Source: Basidiobolus ranarum
Taxonomy: Eukaryota
Direction: 5' to 3'
Length of the DNA stretch: 53,944 bases
Assembly: GCA_040143965.1 (NCBI GenBank)
Contig: JASJQH010006889.1
Location: 1-53,944, forward strand
Part shown: positions 1-14,125 of the stretch, in pieces
Numbering within the stretch: the stretch's first letter is position 1
Layout of the letters: each line of letters opens with the position of its first letter
The notes under the pieces: generated by a model
What the model saw: only the letters and a program-made list of their open reading frames with translations
Database searches by the model: none
Told to the model about the DNA's origin: nothing
Made by a program: the position numbers and the translations under genes

Positions 1-16
1 AAAGAAAATGTGGTTG

Positions 17-35
17 GATAGATAGATAGATAGAT
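17..35. repeat. (GATA)n microsatellite
   Basis: gatagatagatagatagat, seen directly. Confidence 0.9.
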
Positions 36-599
36 CAGTGAGTCATGCATCAGCTGAATTCTTGGCAGTGAAAGATCATTGGTTATGCATCTTGTGACTC
101 ATATTGACTTGGGTCCAGGCAGATGACTCAGGGGTTATTACTGATTGGATAATGATTGGGTGATTGGTCTTATGATCTGATAGAAAGGGTAAGAGAAGAG
201 ATAGTTAATCATGTGATAAGTCACATGATAGTGTCACTGGATAAGGTCAGGTCACTAGTTAGCAATGATGATAAACTAAACAGATATTCATGCAAGATGT
301 ATAGATATGGTGTAAGTTAAACAACTTTGTATGTTGGTGCATAACATATATTAACTCTTGTTAGATTGTATTTTGAAATATTTCCTGGTTTTTTGGGGCT
401 GATTTCATTACCATGTGTCAAAATGAGTTTTAGACTGTGAGGTTGATAAGTATATCTTAAGTGACTTCTTATTTCAGAATTGTTTAACTACTTAGCAGCC
501 TGTTGCAAGTAGTTTGGAGTAATAGAGAAACTGGTGGTTTTCACTTACTGATTTATTCAGTGTAGAGTTGGCATTTATAGTTTTGTCATGAAGTAGACA

Positions 600-1717
600 A
601 AATTACTTGTAGAATGTGTTAAGGTAGGTCCCAGTAACATTTGGGCAAAGTTTGGGTCTTCTTGCACAAGTTTAAAAAATATATATATCTGAGAACTTCT
701 AAGTTGGTAAAAATATTCCAAGTATATTCAAACTGAGAATAATAGGTAATATCTTAGTGAAGTATAAGATAACTAAATACTAAACTCTATATGACTATAT
801 TGGTGTTTAGACAATGATAATTTCAACAAGAATAGTGTGCAATATCTAAGAGAAAAATTGTTTAACTAGGTACTGAGCTGTAAGTGAATACATAGACATT
901 TATGCCATGTTAGCATAATACAAGAATTATACAGTTACAAAATAAAATTAGAATGAAATAAATCACATATGACATATATCTCTCCAAATTACCTACATCA
1001 ACCACAAAGTTCACCAATACCTAGATTTATGAAATCATCCTGAAAGTCACACACCTTGCACATATGTATATGGAGCCTACCTTGACACATTCAACTTACT
1101 GTTTTGCTCTCATTTTTACAGAACTAAAAATGTCAACTTTCTACTTGATAAATTGTTAAGTAAAAACCATTCATTCTGCTACTTATCCAAACCACTTTCA
1201 AGATAGTTCAATACTCTAAAATGATTCCACCATACTTGCAACATACTAAATCATTTTCAAGTATCTTGCAATGGTTAATGAAAAGTCATGATTCATCTTG
1301 CCTTGCTGTTGTAAGTTATATTACTATTTTGAAAATGTTTTTTTACACAAATACTGCTATAGAATACAAATGCATTTCCTGTTTGTAACAAAGTTAACAA
1401 ATCTTATGGATTGTTGTTGATTGATGAGCAATCAATATGGCAAGTAAGTCCATTTGATATGTATATGTCAGTACATCTGTGGCATCAGTCCGAGGAATGT
1501 ACTTTGATGCCTTTATTCTTTGCCCTAGTAGTACGAAATATCTGTAGCAAACTACAGGTTTGCTATGTCCTTCAATAATCTCAGATAGATGTTTTCGCAG
1601 AGTCAGATTCAAGCTTGAAAACTTGGGGTGAGTGCGAATGACACAGATATCTGATTCAAGAGAAGAGTATCTGTAAGTACAATCAACACAATGCGATTGG
1701 TGAATAACAAGTGTCAC
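600..1717 (-). mobile_element. Decayed Ty3/Gypsy LTR-retrotransposon integrase (zinc finger, core and GPY/F remnants)
   Basis: The minus-strand translation gives integrase-like motifs in the expected order: CVDC; KFSSLNL..HLSEIIEGHSKPVVCYRYF (cf. pF..i.lD..pLp...G.kyilVvvDyF); YIPRTDATDV; YNLQQQGK (cf. YhPQtdG); TIARYLK; and KLCPNVTGTY at about 625-655 (cf. KL.P.w.GPY). It has many stops and frameshifts and lies in a CpG-free block. Confidence 0.65.
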
Positions 1718-2392
1718 CGAAATCGTGAACTTTTACTATCCACAAACATAATTCATATATTGACGATACTAAAATCCAATTGGCATAAAGAGTTTAAATC
1801 ACAAATCTACCAATCAAGGTGAAAAGATTCCTGCACTACTGCACTCTCCACATTGATAGCCTTTTATATTAACAAGTGATCTCAATTAATCATTAGTTCA
1901 GCCATTTATAATCGTTTTCATAATCGCATTGGGCTAGTTACAATGTTACTTAATCACCAGAATCAATAAATACCTGGTACCTTTTAGAACGGTCACTAGC
2001 TATACACAGATAATACACAAATTATCTTACATACGGATATTTATCTCGAATTTCAAGTAAGGTAAGTGATTGGCGGATACCTTCATTAGTGTCTATATGA
2101 ATTAATCCTTAGCTATCCATTGCTTGGTAAAGAACCAAACACCTTAGCAAGTGCCTCTCCTTGTTACGCTTCCTTGTTTCGGACGTGTTCTTTTTAACCA
2201 CCCAGATATTTTGTAATTTTATCTTTTCACTTTCCTATTGTATAATACACAATTGTACATTTCTTTTGGAGTGCATATTGAACCCATAGACCTTCCAAAG
2301 CTTCATTAAGGTAACCTACTCTTGCCCAGTATTCTTACCAATCTTAAAATCCTGGTCTCATCTTTTCTATCATAGTTTACTTTTATAACGAA

Positions 2393-5300
2393 ATGAGCGT
2401 TGCGCAAGCTCTTGAGGTTTACAGTAAAGTAAGAATCCACGGTCTTGGTTCATATCTCCCAAGTCATAACTAAATATCTTTTTATATAGAATACTAACGT
2501 ATGGTTAGAAAATGACCAAGAGGGCTGGATCAGCGGTCAAGTGCTTTCCAACAAAATCGACGATACTAAAGCATACATTGAGATCAGAGATGCTACAGGA
2601 AAGGTCAGTCCTTGTACTTGTTCATGATGTCCTTGGATGTACCTAAATATACTTGTTGAACTCTCCTGACTCCATCGTTCCACTTTTAGAATGTAACTCT
2701 GGAGTTTTCTCTGGATAAATTATTGAAGAAAAAGATAGAACTTCCACCATTATGTAACCCACCTATATTGGAAGGTATCGATGATTTGACCAATTTGAGT
2801 TACTTACACGAGCCTGCAGGTAAATAGGAAATTCACTAAGATTATCGAGTGTAGTAAAGTTAATGGAATATTATCTTTTAGTTCTACATAATATACGTAC
2901 TCGTTATTCGCAGCATAATATCTATACATACTCTGGGATAGTCTTGATTGCTTGTAATCCCTTTCAAAAGGTCTCCCTTTACTCTCAAGATGTAATTCAA
3001 GCTTATTCGGGGAGAACTAGAGGTGAACTTGAGCCCCATCTATTCGCCATTTCAGAGGATGCTTATCGATGCATGCTTCGTGAGCATCAAAATCAGACGA
3101 TTGTAGTCTCAGGAGAAAGGTTTCTATCCCTTCATTTCTATTCAACATATTCAGTTTCTCAGTGATGAATTCTTTTATTTCTTAACAGTGGTGCGGGAAA
3201 AACCGTGAGTGCCAAATTTATTATGCGTTATTTTGCCTCGGTTAAAGATAACGAAGGAAATGGTAATTAGTATGCAGTTTGATTCAGTCAATATTGAACT
3301 TTACTAATCAACTCCATGCATGTAGCTGGTTCGGATCTTAGCGAAGTGGAAGAGCAGATTCTTGGTTAGTTTTTGGACGAGATGAGGAAGTTATAAATGT
3401 CTTCTAATATCGAGACCATTTAATATATAGCAACCAACCCCATCTTGGAGGCTTTCGGTAACGCCAAAACCACTCGTAATGATAACAGTTCTCGGTTTGG
3501 AAAGTACATTGAGGTATAGATATTTTGGAATCTCATGGACCCCTAATGAGTACTAATATATCACATAATGTATCTTAGATCATGTTCGATGAGTCGACCA
3601 ATATCGTTGGAGCCCGAGTTAGAACTTACTTACTAGAACGGTCCCGTTTAATCTATCAGCCTGATATTGAGAGAAACTATCATGTGTTCTATCAGGTGAT
3701 TATTTCCTTGGATTTCAAGACCATTGTTGATTTCTAATGATCGATTAGTTGTGTGCAGGTGCGACTTCAGAAGAAAAGGAGCAACTATCAATTGGCGAGT
3801 TTTCAGATTACCATTATTTAAATCAGGGAGGACAAGGTGTTATTGCTGATGTGGATGATTGCCAGGAACTTGAGCTGACCAGGAAGTCATTGTCCCTCAT
3901 CGGAATCTCAGAGGAGGTTCAGAGGAACATCTTCAGAATTCTAGCCGCATTGCTTCATCTTGGTAATGTTAAAGTGGGGGGATCGGATAAATTAGGTGCT
4001 ATGGTGGATGATACAGATCCCTCGTTTAAGATTGTCACCAATCTCCTACAATTGAATCCTAATGACTTCCGTAAATGGGTGGTCAAGCGACAGATAGTGG
4101 CCAGAACTGAAAGTATCCTTTCAAACCTCAAACCAAGTGAAGCGGTGGCTGCGCGAGATGCGATTGCCAAATTCATTTACGCTAATCTATTTGAATGGTT
4201 AATCAAAATGATCAACACAAGTCTATGTACCGAAGAAATCGCCAGTACAGCCAAATCTTTCATTGGTGTACTGGATATTTACGGATTTGAACATTTCGAG
4301 AAGAATTCTTTCGAACAGTTTTGTATCAATTACGCTAATGAAAAACTTCAACAAGAGTTCAACAAGCACGTATTCAAATTGGAACAAGAGGAGTATGTGA
4401 AAGAGGAGATTGCTTGGGATTTCATAGACTTTAGTGACAATCAACCATGCATCGATCTGTTAGAAGGAAAATTGGGGGTTTTGGCCCTTCTAGATGAAGA
4501 GAGTAGACTACCAGCTGGAACAGATAACTCTTTCGTCAACAAGTTGTACAAACAGTATGAAGGATCCGAGTATTCAAATTTCTTCAAGAAACCAAAGTTC
4601 TCCAATACCGCTTTCACCATTTGCCATTATGCCCATGACGTGGCCTACGAAGGAGAAGGATTTTTGGACAAAAACAAAGATACCATTTCCGAAGAGTTAT
4701 CTAACGTTTTACTAGCATCGGAGTTCGATTTCTTGAGAGAAATCCTTCCTTTACCAGTGGAGGAGCAACCGTTTAACCCTAAATTGGCTAGACGTAGCTT
4801 AAGTGCTGCCGTCAAGAAGAAAACTCTTGGTTCAACATTTAAGATCTCTTTGATCAGCTTGATGGAGACGATTAATTCAACAAATGTGCATTACATTCGT
4901 TGTATCAAACCCAACGAAGAAAAGAAACCTTGGATATTCGATCCTCAGATGGTTCTTTCTCAATTGAGAGCATGTGGTGTACTGGAAACCATTCGTATCA
5001 GTTGTGAAGGGTATCCATCGAGAAGAACCATTGAGGAATTCGTGGATAGATACTACCTACTACTACCTTCATCTCAATGGAGTCCACAAGATCTTTCGAA
5101 GTTTACCATGTCTATACTACAACATACAATCAATAACCCGGATAAATATCAACTTGGATTAAGTAAAGTATTTTTCCGAGCTGGACAACTTGCCTACCTT
5201 GAAAAACTTCGATCCGATAAATTAAATACTTCCGCCTGTACCATTCAAACGAATGTACGTGGATTTTTGGCACGTAAACGTTATGGTCAACTCCAACGGT

Positions 5301-7627
5301 CTACCCTTCTATTGCAAACATATGTGCGTATGATGTTTGCTAAAAATCTCCTACGCAAATTACGTGAGAACCGGGCAGCAATCATCATTCAACAGAATTG
5401 GCGAATGCATTATCATCGTAAACGATTCCTTCACCTTTTAGCATCCGTCATTCAATTACAATGCTTGTCAAGAAGACATTTGGCACTGAAGAAAGCTCGT
5501 GGTTTACGCGAGATCAAAGCAGCCATAGTGATTCAAAAGCATAGTCGTAGATGGTTTGCTCAACGGAATTATGAAAGAGTGGTGTACTTGATCGTTCGTC
5601 TCCAAGCATGTGTACGTCGCTATCAAGCTAAAGCAGCATTGAAACAACTGAAGGTTGAAGCTCGCTCGGTCAGTCATTTCAAAGAGCATTCCTTTAAACT
5701 TGAAAACACGGTAGTATCCATGACACAACAGTTGTCCATCAAAACCGATCAAAATCTAGCCATGGCCGAAGAGATCACCAAGATTCGAAATGAAGTGAAA
5801 TTTTGGGAAGAGAAATGTCGATTAACTGAAGAAAAGAATTCGGAATTGGTTCAAAAAGTGGCATCCATTACAGAAGACCATGAAAAGGAAATTTCTACTC
5901 TAAAAATCGAATATCAGTTACTTACTTCAAGATTCAGTTTGTTAAGTGATGAACTTAAGATTAAAGAGGATGAACTTCACGCCATTAAAGCTGAATATAC
6001 TAATTCGAAGAGGGAACTTCTCAAAGCTAAAAGAATGTCTAGAATCACCGGAGACTCAAGTTATGAAAGTTTAAACGGAAACAATGGTTATGATGAGCAC
6101 ATTAACGGAGAGCAACAAAGAAGCACTCATACATCCTGGGAAAGCATGTCACCCAAATCCCCGCACTCTCTCACTAACGGAGTGGAGCATGGGGAGCCTG
6201 AAAACCATCGGTATAGCCTCACCTCTAATCCTGAAGAGAATGCTAGCTTACGCTCCAGCCGTAGACGAATTCAATCGTTCATGCCCAATCCAGTTCTCTC
6301 TGGTTTATATGGTGAAGAGTCTGAATCATTCCGTAGACAATCATTCGGGTCTGTGAGAACTTCGCAAACATTAAGCCGTTCTTCAATGTCGTGGAAATTC
6401 TCCAACCCAAATAATCCAGATACCCGGGCGATCTTGGAAAGTGAGGGGCTAGTCAATGAGGTAGAGACCTTATTACGTGATTCGGAAGTTGCCATCCAAG
6501 ATGGACCCCGCCCTGCGTTAACACGTTCGGAGATTTTGTTTCCTGGACACTTGATCAGCCTTTGCATTGATCAGCTTTGGAGATATGATCTAGGCTTGGA
6601 AATGCGTAGAATGATGACCAAAGCAACCCAAATCATCGAAGATTTGGTAGTCAAAGCGGATGCCTCCAAACTGGAAAATATCCTTCACTATTGGCTGTCA
6701 AATACGGTGTATCTTCTCCAGTGTGTGGTAGACATTGAGCAACGTAACCAAGCCGAAAACTCGCCAGGATCTATACGTTACAGTTCAGAATACATTGACC
6801 CGGCCAAAGTGGTCACAAAATGTAAAGAGACTTTGGAAGAATTAATTGTCAAGATATATAACCTTTTAATGCAAGACCTGAAGAAAAGAGTAAACAAATT
6901 GATCATTCCTGGAGTGGTTGAGAGTCAACCTTTGATAGAATATTATATTCAAGAATCAGGATTCTTTAAAAAGATCATGACCAATGCTAGGAATAGCATG
7001 ATTCCACCTTCAGTCAAGATCGTGATTGAATTTCTTGAACAAGAGTGGAACTTATCTGCTGGGTATTTCCTCGAAATCGATGTGGTTGCCAACGTTATCG
7101 AAGAGCTTCTCAACTTTGTTGGTGCTACGGCATTTAACAATGTGATCATGAGACGAAACTTTTGCTCGTGGAAGAGAGGAACCCAAATCCAAGCAAATAT
7201 CACCTCTATTCAAGAGTGGTGTGGCAAAACCTCCCACAGTATACCGGAAATCATACATCTAGAACAACTTCGACAAGCCATGAAATTGTTAACTCTGCTT
7301 AACACTGTTCAAGATATAGATGTTCTCTTCCAAGCTTGCGATTCACTAAATCCAGGTCAAATTAAGAAACTGAGCTCCATTTACGCGGTGTCTGATTACG
7401 AAGAGCCCCTCTCTCCCCAGATCTTAATGGAAATTGCCCAGCGAAGTGAAGCATCAGAAAAAGTAGACAATCTATTCCTTCCTGCGGATAATGCCATTGA
7501 TTGTTATCGAGTAGGGAAGCTGATTCAAAACATGATCTATACGCCAACCGACGAATACATTCCAGACTGGATGAAGTTACGCTTACTAAGGCATATCATT
7601 GAATCCAGTCATCTACAGATCAATTAA
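2393..7627 (+). CDS. MYO2: Class V myosin heavy chain (multi-exon)
   Basis: ATG at 2393 ([12 protein letters not shown]), then several short exons with [11 protein letters not shown], a split P-loop GES|GAGKT and [21 protein letters not shown]. The large exon 3749-7627 has DIYGFE, about 6 IQ motifs, a coiled coil and a C-terminal DIL domain ([13 protein letters not shown]). Confidence 0.96.
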
Positions 7628-7732
7628 CTCTCGCTTACATAAATCACTCACTACCACTGCCACCACCGCTACACCCCACCCCCATCATCAATAATAATAT
7701 AGTAGAATAAAATCAAATGAATTTATTGAAGG

Positions 7733-9763
<2,031 letters not shown>

Positions 9764-9895
9764 TTATTGACAAATCACATTCATCTCCACTTGGAATGTG
9801 ACAAATTGGTCACGAAATTCGCAGAACGTAAACAGATTGATTAAATTAACACTGAGAGGTAAATCAACTGCCGTGCCCAAAAATTGAGACAGACA

Positions 9896-10066
9896 AAACA
9901 AATCACGATCACTCAGAATAATTAAATAAATCACGATCACTCAGGATAATAAAACAAATCACGATCACTCTCATTCAGGATAATAAAACAAATCACGATC
10001 ACTCTCATTCAGGATAATAAAACAAATCACGATCACTCTCATTCAGGATAATAAAACAAATCACGA
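9896..10066. repeat. Minisatellite with a 28/34-bp unit (taataaaacaaatcacgatcactc[tcattc]agga), about 5.5 copies
   Basis: Six occurrences of aatcacgat: two shorter units, three identical 34-bp units and a partial unit. Confidence 0.95.
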
Positions 10067-10304
10067 TTAATAAAATATTGTTGAATCATTTATTCAAATG
10101 TAAGTTCAAAATGTGCGAAAGAATATTATATATCGGCGAAATCAGGGCAGGGCAGGGCAGGGCAAGAGGACAGGATAGGGCGTTGTTGAACAAGAAGATT
10201 AAAAGCAAAGGGGACTATTTACAAGAAGAAAAGCAACGATAAACTCACATATGAACATTTAAAAACGAGCTAGAATAATCTCAAAATAAGCACATTGCGA
10301 CTTA

Positions 10305-11567
10305 TTAGCATTCCATAACAGTTGGCAATGCCGAGCGAGGTTTCTTTGAGCTTATGGGAGAAAAAGTGAGCTTTGTAGGAGAACAATTTATATTTGCCAG
10401 TAAACCATCATTAAATAATGGCGACTGTGAGATGCTGATATCGATTCTGGGTTTTTCCCGACCCCGTGAATGAGAAGTTTGACTGTCTTGCATATCTCTA
10501 CTACTCTGGATGAGTTGAGGGGTTGGGCATTGAGCATGGCTCATTGATTTACAAGGTCTTGGGGTCCGTGGTCGTGTAGTTTGCACATTGTTGGCACTAG
10601 TTCGACGAATCATCTCTCTGTACACATTGCCTAACGGAACTTCAGGTAATGTTCGAATGGCATACTTTGCACGTACGATTGCAGCTCGAAGAGAATTCAA
10701 CCAAGTCTTAAGATCATCCAAAGACTCTGCTTGAATATACCACGGATGTTGTGATTCGCTTTGAAGCTCAAGTATCCACCGTTTCTCCGGATACTTGTCA
10801 CATATATTTATAGTAGTGGATGCTGAGATCTCCATTGAGTTGGTTGACATAGAATTACCCGTGGATGATTTGAACTGATAAAGGTGAGTTGTAGTGAGGA
10901 CTAATAAGCGGCGTTTCCAAGCTTTACGATGGAAAAAGGAAGAATTGTTGATCCGGAGTTTGTTGAGCCATCCAGCCAATATTGCTTCCATATATACTAC
11001 GTTCAAACTGACTTCCCTGATTTGAGGAGATACAATCCCGACTGGATCTCTCATGATTCTAGGAGAGTGAGAAAACTCCGAGCCCCAAGCGAAAAATGGG
11101 CTAGAGTCGCTTTTCTCGCTGGTAGCTGAGTTGGTGGAAGCATTGGAGTATTTGCGAGAGCCAACCGTATCGTGAGACTCATAACCAAGATCTGCGGGAG
11201 TAGATGGGCCACTAGATTCAGATTCAGAAACAACTTTATCTAAGCAAGCATCTAATGACTCCAGTAATCCATTAATTTTAGAGCGGTATGTAAATTTCGA
11301 CCCTCCACTGTGTATCGTATGCTTGGTTCGGTTAGTCTTGCGCTGTTTAACGATTACGTTCAATGCATCCCGAATGCTCTCCAATTCTTTGGCCACGTTG
11401 TTGGGAGCGGTTAGTTTTCTATCACTTTCATACTGTTGAAAAAGTGCATGTCTTTTCCCTTGCAGAACAGGAGAAGAGAGGGACGCTTCATCGCTGGAAT
11501 ATATAGGCCGAGTCTTGGTTCCATTTAGCAAGGCTAGGGTTTCAAGACGCATCAAATTGGTGGTCAT
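10305..11567 (-). CDS. PH-domain protein (single exon, 420 aa)
   Basis: ILAGWLNKL...KAWKRRLLVL...LYQFK...WYIQAESLDDLKTWLNSLRAAI matches the PH consensus. The flanks are Ser-rich. Confidence 0.85.
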   Translation of the reverse strand: MTTNLMRLETLALLNGTKTRPIYSSDEASLSSPVLQGKRHALFQQYESDRKLTAPNNVAKELESIRDALNVIVKQRKTNRTKHTIHSGGSKFTYRSKINGLLESLDACLDKVVSESESSGPSTPADLGYESHDTVGSRKYSNASTNSATSEKSDSSPFFAWGSEFSHSPRIMRDPVGIVSPQIREVSLNVVYMEAILAGWLNKLRINNSSFFHRKAWKRRLLVLTTTHLYQFKSSTGNSMSTNSMEISASTTINICDKYPEKRWILELQSESQHPWYIQAESLDDLKTWLNSLRAAIVRAKYAIRTLPEVPLGNVYREMIRRTSANNVQTTRPRTPRPCKSMSHAQCPTPQLIQSSRDMQDSQTSHSRGREKPRIDISISQSPLFNDGLLANINCSPTKLTFSPISSKKPRSALPTVMEC

Positions 11568-11869
11568 GATGTAAAGAATGAGAAGATAGCAAAGTAGAAG
11601 TAAATAAGATTTATGGTTGGAAGAAACAATTCAGTAGGTCAAATAGCCACGGGAAGACTTCAAATGCCAGATAAGAAACCCCACATTAAAAGTACGCAGC
11701 TAGGCCCTATGTAAACAATTTATAGGAATGGGCGAAGCAAGACGGTATGAGCGTATGGTATGATACTATCCACAGAATCTACAGGAATCCAATCAGGTTG
11801 ATGGGAATGGGTTAGATTAAATATAAGGCCATGATTTAGGTCATGATTGCATGATAAGTTTGTACCGTT

Positions 11870-12300
11870 TTCAGCCTTCTCAATTGGTTAAATTATTGCC
11901 ATCATCCGGAAAACATGTCTTTCTAATCTAGTACAGTTTCGTCGATGTAGCACCAGCATCACCTCCAGTACCAGTACATATTTACCAGGGTGTGAATGGC
12001 GATTCTCTGCCTTCTGCGTAGCGTTATCTCTCTCTCCATATCAATCTGTGAGATCCTTCGCTGGCTCTTCGGTGGTCTTCTAGATGCTCTAGAATAAACT
12101 GGTCGAAGGCACCGGAAATTCTTGATTATTTCAAAGCATTTTGGTGGCTTACTGGTGAGCAAGTTGTACCCCAAATGAGCATCTTGTTATTGGGGACAAG
12201 TGCTACGTATGATATGAGTAATTCTTCACATCTCGAGCTACACTGACTCCATTTGCGTCAATGTTTTCTCGCAGGATCATCCCGAGATATTCTTTATACG
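11870..12300 (-). mobile_element. Highly decayed Ty3/Gypsy RT thumb/RNase H fragment
   Basis: Motifs appear in order across frameshifts: EYLGMIL..DANGV; W..HQNA/FEIIKN..RPV (cf. W...q.AFe.lK..L...PvL); LTD*YG..TQ..HP; RNCTRLER..MAII (cf. rNYst.EkE.LAI). Confidence 0.5.
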
Positions 12301-12595
12301 AATCAGTGTTACATCACAACTGGTATCAAACCAGGTTTCAAACTAATTTAAAAATAACTTCCGAACAGTTGAGTTCAGGATTCTTTCAGCTCCAAGACCA
12401 ATCATGATGGTGGTGGTTGCAATAGTCAGTTGTACATATCTTCAGTAGTTGAAGCCTGTCTAAGGATGGTTACCTCAACAGTCATATTTCCTCAACGATG
12501 GTTGGGTTCACGGGAAAGGTGCAAACATAGTGAGTTTCACTGACAACTGGTTCTGTGTAGGTAATATTCCTCTTTTTATTTATTCGCTACACTAG

Positions 12596-13705
12596 TTATT
12601 TCTTTCCCATAGGCCTGGGAGCACTTTGGGAAGGTCAGTGACTTTATGGATTTGGTAATGGCCAGTTTGAGACATCTCTGGGTGGTCAGTAACGTGAATA
12701 GCCGTCCATCCAAGCTCCTACGAAACTACTTAATACATGTATGTTGGCTATAGATGATAGGCTTACTTACTTGAGCGGTGTTTACATTAGCAGCAGAGTC
12801 ATCAACCAAGTAGCAGAGCTTGGGATCCTTAGCGCCTGCTTGCGTCATGGCTCGATGGTACATACTTGCATCTAGAATTGAATTGAGAAGAATTAATATA
12901 GCCATTTGGAAAAAATCGAAAGTATCAATTATTACCTGGTTTAGATGGAAAGTCTGGCTCACTGTAATCACAATAGGTGATACCATCAAACTGGTCTTCT
13001 ATTCCCAAGATTTTCAGAACGCGTTTAGCATGCTACAAATATAAAATACTAGCTTAATGGTTATCTGTGATTATCAGCAAGAATGGCCAAGTATTTACAG
13101 GAAGTCCGGCATTGGTGAATACCCATTTCTTCATCTTTAATGCTTCTAGCATTTGACGAAGCTTTGGATTAGGCTCCAAAACATCCTCCAAAGGTAATCC
13201 ACCATCAACATAATTGTCTAAATACAAAGTCTTCAATAACCTCGAATAGAAGTGATTTATAAGTAAGAACTAACCATAATCAACCGGATCTATTTCTAAG
13301 GGTTTTAAAGGGAAAGTAAGTACAAGCAAATAAGGGCCCAAATAACTTCTTTATATTGTTACCATGATGCTTGATAAGTCCGCGTACAGCCAAACCGTAA
13401 TCAATATAATAACGTTCACATAGATGTTGAACTAGCTAGCAGTTAATAAATCATGAAGTTTCTGACTGACTGAGAGGAGAAATAAACAATACCCTCTTCT
13501 TCGGAGATACCAACTGCCTTTCCGTAATCATAGATTCTAAAACAACCAGTTATTAGCTGAAAGAATTAGGTCGAGGTTTACTTTCTTCGTACCTTTCCTT
13601 CATCATATTAGCAATACCAGCACTTTGGGGATAAAGACAGTTGTCTACATCAAAAAAGAATATCGATTGAGCCGATGAGGAGTTGGAATTAGTTGCGTCT
13701 AACAT
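12596..13705 (-). CDS. SDT1: Pyrimidine 5'-nucleotidase, HAD superfamily (multi-exon)
   Basis: ATG at 13705; FFFDVDNCLYP (HAD motif I), YYIDYGLAVRGLIKHH, VDGGLPLEDVL, KWVFTNA and CYLVDDSAANV; ends LPGLWEKK* at 12596. Confidence 0.9.
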
Positions 13706-14125
13706 GACTTCTAAACTATGGGAGGATTGGCAAGTAACGATATTAAATCTGAAGATAGGAATAGAATATTGACAGCTCTATTATGCCACAAGGCTAAAAA
13801 TATAAAGTAGTTTGATTTGGCTAATTCGTCAACAGTAGCAATCTTTAATTGCGGATGTATCAGAAAAAAACAACATAACTTTTAAGCTTATTTATCGTTA
13901 GCCCAAAGAGTCGGTTAAACATGAAATAAGCCACTTTTAAAAAATTTAAGTATACAAAGTGTAAAGGTGTTTATAGCCTGAATTCACACTCATATTAACA
14001 TCAATCAAAAACTACTATTAAGTCAACATCCCTGTCTCTATACTGTTTAATAATACCGTCAAGAATCAGTCAGTGAGTGAAGTTTTATTGAAATTCTAAG
14101 CTAACAGTTAGTTGTTCAGATTAAT

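Noticed and set aside
9896..10066. CRISPR-like reading of the 28-34-bp repeats
   Set aside because: The units are directly adjacent with no unique spacers, there are no cas genes, and the context is eukaryotic.
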